From Acidobacteriota bacterium (lineage in GTDB: Bacteria > Acidobacteriota > UBA890 > WLXD01), in assembly GCA_965248695.1 (NCBI GenBank), contig CBDFKD010000002.1:4096001-4160000 (forward strand): a DNA stretch of 64,000 nt. Reading direction: 5' to 3'. Both the position numbers and the translations under genes were made by a program. Every line of letters starts with the position of its first letter. Position 1 is the stretch's first letter. Under the pieces are notes generated by a model, which searched no databases, was not told the origin of the DNA, and was given only the letters and a program-made list of their open reading frames with translations. This document shows, piece by piece, positions 1-9,586 of the stretch.

Positions 1-1048
1 CGGCGGACTGAAGCTCAACCAGGCCAGAAAGCTCAAGCAACTGGAGAAGGAGAATGCCCGGCTCAAGAGGCTGGTGGCGGAAAAGGAACTCGACCTGTCG
101 ATCCTGAAGGAAGTGGCGGAGGGAAACTTCTGAGCCCAGCTCGGCGGCGAGAGGCGGTGGCACATGTACGGGGGCGGCTGGGCGTCTCGGAGAGGCGGGC
201 GTGTCGGGTACTGAAACAACCACGCACGACACACCGGTACGTGCCAAGAGAGCCGCAACAGGAGCAGATTTTGACGGAGCGGATCGTGGATTTAGCCCGA
301 CAGTACGGGCGCTACGGATATCGGAGGGTGACAGCGTTGCTGCGCATGGAGGGCTGGTCCGTGAACCACAAACGAGTGCAGCGTATCTGGCGGCGCGAAG
401 GGCTGAAAGTACCGAGAAAACAGCCCAAACGAGCACGGCTGTGGCTGAGCGATGGCTCCTGCATCCGGCTGCGCCCACAGCACCGGGATCATGTCTGGGC
501 GTATGACTTCCTGCACCACCGGACGCACGACGGTCGGGCTATGAGGCTGCTGACGATCGTCGATGAGTACACACGAGAAAGCCTGGCGATCCATGTAGCA
601 CGGAAGCTCAACTCTGAGGACGTGCTGGAGCAGCTCGGGAGGTTGTTCGTACACCGGGGCATACCTGAGCACATCCGGTCGGATAACGGACCAGAGTTCA
701 CCGCCGAGGCGGTTCGCGACTGGCTGGGCCGGTTGGGCGTGGGGACGCTGTTCATCGAGCCGGGCTCGCCGTGGGAGAACGGTTACGTGGAGAGCTTCAA
801 CGGCAAGCTACGCGACGAGCTGCTGGATGGAGAGATCTTCTACACGCTCAAGGAGGCAAAGGTTCTGATCGAGAGATGGCGTCAGCACTACAACCGCATG
901 CGACCGCACAGCTCGCTGAGCTATCGGCCGCCCGCACCCGAAGCGACGTTGTTGAAGCCGGCTGCGCTCCGCTTCGCCGGCCTCAACAACCTCTTGTCAG
1001 CACCGAGTTACTGAGATAAGACATGGTACTAACCGCGGGGTCAGGTCA
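1..1048 (+). mobile_element. IS3-family insertion sequence, copy 1 (left end outside window)
   Basis: Matches 4792..5839 base for base where compared (offset 4791); right end ...CTAACCGCGGGGTCAGGTCA finishes at 1048; orfA 3' end and orfB present. Confidence 0.95.
157..1014 (+). CDS. IS3-family transposase OrfB (rve integrase core; fused to OrfA by -1 frameshift at GGGAAAC 121..127)
   Basis: Motifs VWAYDF, IRSDNGPEF, PGSPWENGYVESFNGKLRDE, YNRMRPHSSL. Confidence 0.95.
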   Translation: MAHVRGRLGVSERRACRVLKQPRTTHRYVPREPQQEQILTERIVDLARQYGRYGYRRVTALLRMEGWSVNHKRVQRIWRREGLKVPRKQPKRARLWLSDGSCIRLRPQHRDHVWAYDFLHHRTHDGRAMRLLTIVDEYTRESLAIHVARKLNSEDVLEQLGRLFVHRGIPEHIRSDNGPEFTAEAVRDWLGRLGVGTLFIEPGSPWENGYVESFNGKLRDELLDGEIFYTLKEAKVLIERWRQHYNRMRPHSSLSYRPPAPEATLLKPAALRFAGLNNLLSAPSY

Positions 1049-1869
1049 AAATCTCCTAGTTTGAGTTGCCCACGTATAGCCGAAAACAGAGTACCGATTC
1101 TGGTACCCGGGTCAGTGAACAACTAATACACCGGAGCGAATCGGTAAGTTGAGCAAACCCCCGTACTTGACCCTGTTGCAACCGTGGGTTGCCCAGAGCG
1201 CGCACGACAGCGCGTCCTGGTTGCCCCTGCCGTTACTGTGCATCCCCCGTGCTGAACTGTTCGCGACGGTGCGTATACAGGAAGGACTCACCGTCTTTTC
1301 TCGGTTCGATCTCGGCAAGGTCGGCAGTCATCAGTACCCCGGTCAGCTCCGTCATGGTTGCCGCCTGGGCCGTGAAGAGCTCCTTGTTCCAGCGTTCAAT
1401 GCCGGCCGCGGTGGACCAGTAGTGGCCGAGGAATCCGCCAAGCGCGTATCCCGGTAGGTCGAGGCACGCCCAGACTTCACAGCTGTAGTAGCCCGTATCG
1501 GGTAGTGCGATGACGCCGACGCCCCACCACACTTGCTGGAGACCGCCATTGATTCCAGGTCGCTCGGGCACGGACACTATGGCGCGTGACCAGCCGTACT
1601 TCTTGACGGCAGTGATCGCGGCATCGATCAGGACCGGGTTATTGCGTGACCAGAGATAAGACTGTTCGGCATACCCTGTTGCCTCCACGACGCCGTCAAC
1701 TTCGCGATAGTCCATCTCGCCCATGTGCTCGGCCTGGATGAGCCCCACGAGCTTCTCGCGCGCTTCCGGATAACGGTTCAACCAGGACGGTTCAGTGTGC
1801 GCCGCCTCCATGCCGGGAATGTAGTGTCGACAATCGAGGTACACGACCAGCGTCCGTGGTCGATGCTCC

Positions 1870-3232
1870 GGATCCGGCCCGAGTCCTGTGGAAATAAAGA
1901 TGGCGTAACCTCCGAGTAGGAAAAACACAAAGCCGCCACGAGCGGCAGGAGGCTACGCCGTGAAGCAGGTTAGCACGGAGGGAACCGGGCTCGTCGAGTT
2001 CCGGCAGGACGTACAGGCGCTGTTGCGCACCAGGATCCGCGAGGCGATCCAGATGACGCTTGACGAGGAGCTCACCGAGGCGCTGGGTTGCGACCGATAC
2101 GAGCGCAACGGGCAGCGGCGAGGCTACCGCAACGGCAGCCAAAGGCGTCGGGTGACGACAGCCCAAGGGCTCCAGGAGCTGGACATACCGCGGGGGCGCA
2201 TCGTGGGGCAAGACGGCAGCACCCGAGAGTTCCGCAGCGCGATCCTGCCACGGTACGCACGGCGAGCCCGGCAGGTGGACGAGGCGATCCTGGGAGCATA
2301 CCTGGCGGGAGCCAACACCCGGCGGATCCGCAAGGCGCTCTCTCCGCTGCTGGGCAAGGCGCACCTGACCAAGAGCACGATCTCCAGGGTGGTGGGGCGC
2401 CTGAAGGCGTACTTCGAGCGCTGGAGACAGCGAGATGTGTCAGGCGAGCGGTACTGGATCCTGTATTTGGACGGGTTCCATCTGAAGGTCAGGCTGGCGA
2501 GGCGGGTCGTGTCGGCGCCGGTACTGGCGGTGCTCGGGGTCCAGCCCGACGGCCAGAAGGTGTTGGTAGCGTTGCAGTTGGCGGTCTCGGAGGCAGCGGT
2601 GCACTGGCAAGGACTGATCGAGTCGCTGGTGAGACGAGGGCTGCAGGCGCCGGAGGTGCTGATCGCCGACGGCCACAAGGGCCTGGCCAAGGCGATCGAG
2701 GTATGGCCCGATGTGTCGGTGCAGCGGTGCACACAACACAAGTGGAGCAACTTACGCGACCACTGCCCGGTTCATGCACGTGCGGAGATGAAGCGGGACT
2801 GGGATGCGATCGTCCGGGCCGATGACGGCAACCAGGCCAGAGCCGCCTACGCCGCCTTCGTACGCAAGTGGTCGACCCTCGTGCCCGCCGTGGCCCGGAG
2901 CCTGCAGGAGGCCGGCTTGAACCTGCTGACTTTCTACCAGTTCCCGAAGCCGATGTGGAAGACGCTGCGCACCACCAACGCCCTCGAGAACCTGAACCGG
3001 GAGTTCCGTCGTCGTACCAAGACGCAGGGCTCGTTCTCGACCGAGGCCGCTGGGGTGACGTTGCTGTGGAGCCTGGTCGCCTTCGGCCAGATCCGCATGC
3101 GACGCATCGATGGCCACCGGTTCTTGGCTCAGCTCACGTGCGGCCCCGACAAACAGGCCGCCTAACCGATAGGATCATCCGTCGTCGCGGAGGAGACGCT
3201 CATCCAATTTCCACGACATTCGGGGCACATCC
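1870..3232 (+). mobile_element. IS256-family insertion sequence with 8-bp target duplication
   Basis: Imperfect 26-bp TIRs GGATCCGGCCCGAGTCCTGTGGAAAT / GGATGTGCCCCGAATGTCGTGGAAAT; TSD GATGCTCC at 1862..1869 and 3233..3240. Confidence 0.93.
1960..3165 (+). CDS. IS256-family (mutator-type) transposase
   Basis: Motifs RYER..GYRNG, LYLDG, IADGHKGL, QRCTQHK, LRTTNALENLNREFRRR. Confidence 0.95.
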   Translation: MKQVSTEGTGLVEFRQDVQALLRTRIREAIQMTLDEELTEALGCDRYERNGQRRGYRNGSQRRRVTTAQGLQELDIPRGRIVGQDGSTREFRSAILPRYARRARQVDEAILGAYLAGANTRRIRKALSPLLGKAHLTKSTISRVVGRLKAYFERWRQRDVSGERYWILYLDGFHLKVRLARRVVSAPVLAVLGVQPDGQKVLVALQLAVSEAAVHWQGLIESLVRRGLQAPEVLIADGHKGLAKAIEVWPDVSVQRCTQHKWSNLRDHCPVHARAEMKRDWDAIVRADDGNQARAAYAAFVRKWSTLVPAVARSLQEAGLNLLTFYQFPKPMWKTLRTTNALENLNREFRRRTKTQGSFSTEAAGVTLLWSLVAFGQIRMRRIDGHRFLAQLTCGPDKQAA

Positions 3233-4645
3233 GATGCTCCTGTGGAATGTGCGAAAAATATTTGACGATCGCGAGCAGGCCGAGCGCGCCGTTGTCCTGC
3301 GTAATCGAGGGCCCGTCTGTATGGTTGGTCAGCACAATCTGCTCATCATCCGGCGTGCCATAGTCTTTGCCCGGCAGATAGGTAATCAGTTGGTAGGCCT
3401 CGGCAGGCTCCACGGTGGCCTCGAGCCTGAGCGTTGCTGACTTGCCGGCCTTTGCATCCTCGATGACCTTGGCGCCATCCTCGCGGGATAGTTTCAACGT
3501 TGGCGCGTCATAGAGTGACGGCACAACAAACGTGTAAAGCCCCCGGGTGCGTTCGTAGGCCATGTCATAGACGATGACCGCACCAGCGGCGTTACCGTCT
3601 TTCGGAATTCTGTCGAGTCGCTGGATAAGCTGCCACGAGGCGTCGAACGTGAAACTCTCGGCAGGATCAACCTTCGTGAACGGCGGCGGCAGAGTATCGG
3701 CGTCCACCGCATACTCATAGTCGTTATAGGTGAAGTTGATCAGATAGTCCCGAGGATACGGCTCGCTCGGGTGCGGGCGCGTGGGAATGACGACGATCTT
3801 GCCCTCGATCGACTCCGGCGGGTTGTCGTGATCGTAGTAGACCATCTCGGCCGTAATGCCATTCGGACCAGTCGACCCGGAATAGGCGCCATAGTGCGCC
3901 ACCCGAACCGGCGTACCGTCCGAATGCAGTGACCAGTTGCTTGAATCGTCCGAAGTGTCCCAGCGCTCGAACTCCCAGCTGTTTTTCCAGGTATCGACGA
4001 CGCCGTATTCCGAAAGCGTTTCTTCCAGGAACGCCATGTAATTGAGCCACTCGGGACTTCCGGTCATGGTGGGGAGGTTGTCGTTCTTGACTGACGCCCA
4101 GGCATGAGCTTCGGCTGTTGTCACCAGCCAATCCGAATCGAGCGTTGCGAATTTCTCCTCATAGGACACTGCGGGGCTGTCGCAGGACATAAGGACGAGC
4201 GATAGCGAACACAGAACGATTGATCGAAGCATAGGGCGAGTTTCCTGTTATTCAGTTCGATTACCGCGGACCGGCCCAGACCGATCCGCACCTACCTTTC
4301 CGGAGCTTGAGGAGTCCAAATGAGAAATAACAACTCGATCGTGGCGATCGCGATGACGGTCGCGGTTCTTCTCACTTTTCCGAGTTCCACCTTTGCCCAG
4401 CAGAAAGTGTTCATCGACGCAGATGTCGGAGGCGTGGTCGGCACCGACATTCAATCCATGTTGATGCTTCTCCAGTCGCCGGCCATCGAGGTCGTGGGAG
4501 TCAGCATCGTCTCTGGTGACGGCTGGCTCAAGGCAAGTACACAGCGAGCGCTCCGAATGCTGGAGCTGACCGGGCATGGTGACCTGACCCCCGAAAACGG
4601 ATCCGGATGTAATCTCACGATCTGGGTCAAGAACGGGAGGTCAGA

Positions 4646-4924
4646 ATGCCGAGTAAGAGGCACAGCGCCGAGCAGATCGTACGCAAGCTCCGGGAGGCTG
4701 AGGTGGAGCTGGCTCGAGGGGCGACGGTCAAGGATGCCTGCCGCAAGCTAGCAATCACCGAGCACACCTACTACCGGTGGCGGCGAGAGTACGGCGGACT
4801 GAAGCTCAACCAGGCCAGAAAGCTCAAGCAACTGGAGAAGGAGAATGCCCGGCTCAAGAGGCTGGTGGCGGAAAAGGAACTCGACCTGTCGATCCTGAAG
4901 GAAGTGGCGGAGGGAAACTTCTGA
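4646..4924 (+). CDS. IS3-family transposase OrfA (HTH)
   Basis: MPSKRHSAEQIVRKLREAE..TYYRWRREYGGL..LEKENARLKRLVA; G GGA AAC slippery site at 4912..4918. Confidence 0.93.
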   Translation: MPSKRHSAEQIVRKLREAEVELARGATVKDACRKLAITEHTYYRWRREYGGLKLNQARKLKQLEKENARLKRLVAEKELDLSILKEVAEGNF

Positions 4925-4947
4925 GCCCAGCTCGGCGGCGAGAGGCG

Positions 4948-5805
4948 GTGGCACATGTACGGGGGCGGCTGGGCGTCTCGGAGAGGCGGGCGTGTCGGGT
5001 ACTGAAACAACCACGCACGACACACCGGTACGTGCCAAGAGAGCCGCAACAGGAGCAGATTTTGACGGAGCGGATCGTGGATTTAGCCCGACAGTACGGG
5101 CGCTACGGATATCGGAGGGTGACAGCGTTGCTGCGCATGGAGGGCTGGTCCGTGAACCACAAACGAGTGCAGCGTATCTGGCGGCGCGAAGGGCTGAAAG
5201 TACCGAGAAAACAGCCCAAACGAGCACGGCTGTGGCTGAGCGATGGCTCCTGCATCCGGCTGCGCCCACAGCACCGGGATCATGTCTGGGCGTATGACTT
5301 CCTGCACCACCGGACGCACGACGGTCGGGCTATGAGGCTGCTGACGATCGTCGATGAGTACACACGAGAAAGCCTGGCGATCCATGTAGCACGGAAGCTC
5401 AACTCTGAGGACGTGCTGGAGCAGCTCGGGAGGTTGTTCGTACACCGGGGCATACCTGAGCACATCCGGTCGGATAACGGACCAGAGTTCACCGCCGAGG
5501 CGGTTCGCGACTGGCTGGGCCGGTTGGGCGTGGGGACGCTGTTCATCGAGCCGGGCTCGCCGTGGGAGAACGGTTACGTGGAGAGCTTCAACGGCAAGCT
5601 ACGCGACGAGCTGCTGGATGGAGAGATCTTCTACACGCTCAAGGAGGCAAAGGTTCTGATCGAGAGATGGCGTCAGCACTACAACCGCATGCGACCGCAC
5701 AGCTCGCTGAGCTATCGGCCGCCCGCACCCGAAGCGACGTTGTTGAAGCCGGCTGCGCTCCGCTTCGCCGGCCTCAACAACCTCTTGTCAGCACCGAGTT
5801 ACTGA
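4948..5805 (+). CDS. IS3-family transposase OrfB
   Basis: Same protein as 157..1014; DDE rve motifs. Confidence 0.95.
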   Translation: MAHVRGRLGVSERRACRVLKQPRTTHRYVPREPQQEQILTERIVDLARQYGRYGYRRVTALLRMEGWSVNHKRVQRIWRREGLKVPRKQPKRARLWLSDGSCIRLRPQHRDHVWAYDFLHHRTHDGRAMRLLTIVDEYTRESLAIHVARKLNSEDVLEQLGRLFVHRGIPEHIRSDNGPEFTAEAVRDWLGRLGVGTLFIEPGSPWENGYVESFNGKLRDELLDGEIFYTLKEAKVLIERWRQHYNRMRPHSSLSYRPPAPEATLLKPAALRFAGLNNLLSAPSY

Positions 5806-5971
5806 GATAAGACATGGTACTAACCGCGGGGTCAGGTCACTGGACTTGGACCGTTTCTACAAACTGTACATTGACCTGATGAAGCGCTAGTCACCCTGAA
5901 CATTTTCATCATGAAGCGCAACTGCGAGTCCAACACGACCTCGATTTCGAACGGTTCATTCGGGGCAGTCG

Positions 5972-6571
5972 CTATGTCCGCTGGCGGCGGAGCTGCATGG
6001 CAAGCCGCCGAGTCCAACGCAGCGCCGCGCAGGGGGTGACCGCCGCCACGGCCGCGGCGGAGTTTTGCAGCATGTCCAACGGATCGAACACGCGGCTGGG
6101 TAGAAACGCCTGGATGCTCTCATCGAGCACGCCGATCAGCGACGTCGCCAGGATGGCGAGCAAGGCGGGCACGGGTACTCGGCGACTCTGGCTCGCTCGC
6201 TCGGTGAGCGCCTCATAGATGAGGAGGGCGACCACGCTGTACTCCAGGAGGTGGGAGCGTTCGGCCGGGAGCGCCATCCGGATGGCCACCAAGACGTAAG
6301 CGACCCCGACTCCCAATGCGACGGCGATTTCCACGCCGCCCGGCCTTACCTTCAGCCCCTGGGTCAAGACCATCACCCCGACCAGCAGCATGCAGATGAA
6401 GAAGCCTGCGCCCATGACGCTGTCGTCCAGTACCCCCACCAGCGTTCGCGCCAGGCCGAGGGTCGAGTAAACCGCCACCACGACGGCCAGCGTCCAGCCC
6501 CACAGGCGCTGCTCTCGATCGGAGGTGAACAGGAGCCAGGATTGACGTTTCGATGCGTCCAGATCCGACAT
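5972..6571 (-). CDS. VanZ-like membrane protein
   Basis: Several hydrophobic segments; ERSHLLEY and LDESIQAFLPSRVFDPLDM motifs typical of the VanZ family. Confidence 0.75.
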   Translation of the reverse strand: MSDLDASKRQSWLLFTSDREQRLWGWTLAVVVAVYSTLGLARTLVGVLDDSVMGAGFFICMLLVGVMVLTQGLKVRPGGVEIAVALGVGVAYVLVAIRMALPAERSHLLEYSVVALLIYEALTERASQSRRVPVPALLAILATSLIGVLDESIQAFLPSRVFDPLDMLQNSAAAVAAVTPCAALRWTRRLAMQLRRQRT

Positions 6572-6621
6572 GAATCATCCTCAGCAGAGGGGGGCCGCGG
6601 TTGACGGGTGGCAATCTCAAG

Positions 6622-6665
6622 TGTTGACATCGTCAACATACTGGAGAATGTTTACTACGTCAACA
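6622..6665. promoter_or_regulatory. Tandem palindromic operator-like boxes
   Basis: TGTTGACATCGTCAACA (6622..6638) and TGTTTACTACGTCAACA (6649..6665), each followed by TACT. Confidence 0.5.
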
Positions 6666-6755
6666 TACTCGGTCATCGTTGACCGATAGGGCGCGAGCAT
6701 GTCACCACGGGAACCCGCGGGCGGCACTGCTCGCTGAAGCCGCCGTCATGATCGG

Positions 6756-6825
6756 CGAGGGAGGGACTCGAGCTCAACCGGGTTGCTGATGGATCACCGA
6801 AGTACCGAGGGAGGGGCTCGAACCC
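6756..6825 (-). repeat. Two short tRNA-Leu 3'-end fragments (att-site scars)
   Basis: CGAGGGAGGGACTCGA (6756..6771) and GAAGTACCGAGGGAGGGGCTCGAACCC (6799..6825) match the fragment at 10768. Confidence 0.65.
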
Positions 6826-6985
6826 GAGCTCGTCGAACCTATCTCGGCGACACGAAGGACGACGCTCGAAAGGCGAGCGAGCAGATCGGGGTGCAGAGCT
6901 GGCCGTCCGATCTCGTTGTTCTGGTCGTTGTCTCGGGGTAGCGTCCCGAGCACAGTTTCCAATGCTGAAATCTGGGAGCCACGCC

Positions 6986-8531
6986 ATGCACCCATTGCCG
7001 TGCGCCGGCGGTATCGGACTCGCGCTGTTCGCCTCCCTTGCACTCGTCGGCCAAGACCGGGGCTCCGAACCCACCGCAGAGGACCGCGTCGACGAGGAGT
7101 TCACCGCCGCGGCGATTGCTCTGCTCGCACTCGACGGCAAGCTCTCGCTCGACGACACGATCCAGCGGCATCCTGCCCTGGGTTCCCGAGTTCGAGCATC
7201 CGATCACGATCCGCAATCTGATCCACCACAACAGCGGTATCCGGGATCAGTGGTCGCTGCTCGGAATGTCCGGATGGCGCTACTCGCGCGACCTGATCAC
7301 GGACAACGAAGTCATCTACCTGATCAAGAGGCAGCGCGACCTCAACTTCCGGCCTGGTGAGCGCTACACGTACTCGAACACGGGCTACACGCTGTTGGCC
7401 CTGATCGTGGAAGCGGTCAGCGGCCAGTCGCTGCGCGATTTTACGACTAGTCGGATCTTCGAGCCTCTCAGCATGAGCCGCACGCATTTCCGCGACGACT
7501 TCTCGGAGATCGTCAAGGACCAGGCGTACGGCTACCGCTGGGACGAGGGCGACTCGGTGTTTCGGCTCAGCGTGACCAACTTCGACACCGTCGGCGCCAC
7601 GAGCTTGCTGACGACCGTCGAGGACATGGCGCGTTGGGACCGGAACTTCATCGACCCTGCGGTGGGCGGCCGGGATTTCCTCGACCTCATGCACCGGCGC
7701 GGCACGCTTAACGACGGCGAGGATCAGGACTATGCATTCGGGCTGACACACGGGAGCTACCGGGGAGCTCGGACGGTCGGCCACGGCGGCTCCGACGCGG
7801 GCTACCGTTCGAACTTCCTGCGCTTCCCGGATCACGGCTATAGCTTCGTGGTGTTGTGCAATCTGGCCCAGACGAATCCCGGCCGGCTGGCACAAGCGGT
7901 TGCCGACATCTACCTCGAGGAGCAGCTCGAGCCCGTCGCGGGTGAGACCGGCGCACCGGACCACGCCAGCGCAGCAGCAGCCCCGCCGGTGCCGATCGAC
8001 GAGGGCGCGCTGTCCCGCGTAGAGGGCGTGTACTGGTGGGAGGAGCGCGGGATTCCCCTGCGGATCGGAAGCTCCGAGGGAACGCTCGAGCTGCATGTCG
8101 GCGAAACGGACTTCGAGATCGTCCATACGAGCGACGGCCGTTTCCTGATTCCGCGGCTCGATCGGGTCGCGAGGTTCGAGCCCCCGACGGGCGAGGCGAC
8201 GGCAATGGCGCTGTGGCCGCCCGGCGACGAGAGCCCCATCGATATGGCGGCGAAGATCGCTCCGCTGGACGACACCTCGAATCTTCTCGACTACATCGGC
8301 GCCTATCAGAGCCCCGAGCTCCCGGTCGTCTACTACATCGATATGAACGAGAACACGCTGGTCCTTCATTGGCTCAAGCGCGACCCCGTGGAGCTCACCG
8401 AGGTGGCACGTGACATGCTGATGGGGAGCGCGGGGAGTCTCCGTTTCCAGCGGGGCTCCGACGGCCAGATCAGCGGGTTCGTCCTGGACTCCGGTCGGGT
8501 GAGGAACTTCCGGTTCGAGCGGGTTCGGTGA
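6986..8531 (+). pseudogene. Serine hydrolase (beta-lactamase class C-like) lacking the SxxK segment, plus a frameshift
   Basis: FTAAAIALLALDGKLSLDD, ITIRNLIHHNSG, FRPGERYTYSNTGY, HGGSDAGY; in-frame deletion near 7096; extra C near 7171. Confidence 0.8.
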
Positions 8532-8663
8532 GGGAGGCGGGGCCGTGGGTGCAGGCGTAGCCTGCGTTTGGCGCCTGAGATCCTCGAACGCTTGTTCGCA
8601 GAAACGGTACCGTCCCGTCGTGCTTATCCGAATCCAAAGTCCGTAGCGCATAGACTGGCTGAG

Positions 8664-9083
8664 ATGATCCAGAAGACAGACATCCTGAAGGCAATCGGCG
8701 TCGCCCTCGTCATCATGGTGGTCGACGTGGCGATCAGCTTCCCCGTCGTCGCCGTCTATGCGTACTTCATCGAGCCCGGGCACGATGCAGCGTTCTACGA
8801 ATCAGCGGCCCAGCGAATCGCCCCCTGGTCGAGCGTAGTTGCCGGCGTTTTCTTGTTTTTTGGGGCTCTCTACTGGCTCACCCGACGAAAGCCCGAGCGG
8901 CATGCTGTCGGATTCGCTCTCGCAGTCTGGGTGGCCTTCGCTGCGTTCGCGTTGGCGATCGACTTGGCGATTCTCGCAGGCGCGGGGGGATCGCTGCGCT
9001 CCATCGCCGGCATCGTCGCGTTGTCACTGGCGACCAAGTTCGCCGCAGCCATCACAGGCGCCTGGGTAGCAAGCCGACCCTAG
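8664..9083 (+). CDS. Small hypothetical membrane protein (about four hydrophobic segments)
   Basis: Hydrophobic ORF with GC-rich codon usage; ATG at 8664 chosen over upstream TTG. Confidence 0.6.
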   Translation: MIQKTDILKAIGVALVIMVVDVAISFPVVAVYAYFIEPGHDAAFYESAAQRIAPWSSVVAGVFLFFGALYWLTRRKPERHAVGFALAVWVAFAAFALAIDLAILAGAGGSLRSIAGIVALSLATKFAAAITGAWVASRP

Positions 9084-9586
9084 GGAGCCTTGGTTCGGGA
9101 CCCACCCAGATAGACGATCTCGCCCTCGGATCTACGGCTGGCCCCGATCGGTATCACGTGTCTGTTGCGACTGCGACGACTAGCCGTAGAAGAGCCACTC
9201 GGTGTCGTTGTAGCGGTACGAGTACCGAATGCGTTGAACTAATTCGAGTGTTACCAGTAGCGTCAACAGAGGAAGGAGCGAGAGAACGACCGTCTTAAAC
9301 CGGGTCCGGAGTTTCGATCCATCTCGGAGCCGTAGCGTCAAAACATCCTAGCAAAATGACCTGCCCCATCCAACGATCGGGTCAGTTTCAGGGGAGGTCA
9401 CGAAACGCGGTCCGCCAGCTCCGACGATCTCTTGCCGACACCGATTTTACGAGTTATGAAGTGGCCCGAGTTATTTCGTGCATGTCAGATGCAGTTCGGC
9501 GACTCGGAGTTCGATTTGGGAAGGCCGGGTGGACACTCGGCAACCAATTGCTCCTGTCGTCCAATCCTTGCGTGATGGAGGGTGCG

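Larger units (their letters stand above)
1233..4232 (-). pseudogene. PA-domain / M28-like peptidase lipoprotein interrupted by IS256
   Basis: Lipobox-like LVLMSC, PA-domain segment, LTNHTDG..QDNG motif; the two halves join in frame (SHIPQEHR|PRTLVVYLD, ~542 aa) after removing the IS and one TSD. Confidence 0.8.
4580..5839 (+). mobile_element. IS3-family insertion sequence, complete copy 2 (1260 bp)
   Basis: TG...CA ends with TIRs TGACCTGACCCC / GGGGTCAGGTCA; orfA and orfB; no target duplication (ATGG vs CTGG). Confidence 0.96.
4320..5890 (+). pseudogene. Secreted nucleoside hydrolase (IU-NH family), split by IS3 with its middle deleted
   Basis: Signal peptide then KVFIDADVG..DIQSMLMLLQSPAIEVVGVSIVSGD..ALRMLELTG (4320..4579); C-terminal LDLDRFYKLYIDLMKR* at 5840..5890 directly after the IS. 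Confidence 0.75.

Noticed and set aside
7101-8783. Long antisense ORFs (e.g. 560 aa here; also 29781..31019 and 59625..60524) and the alternative-frame ORF 39394..41280
   Set aside because: Shadow frames of real genes in high-GC DNA; no family motifs
9356-9586. N-terminal extension of the hydratase ORF
   Set aside because: RBS and signal peptide point to ATG 9587
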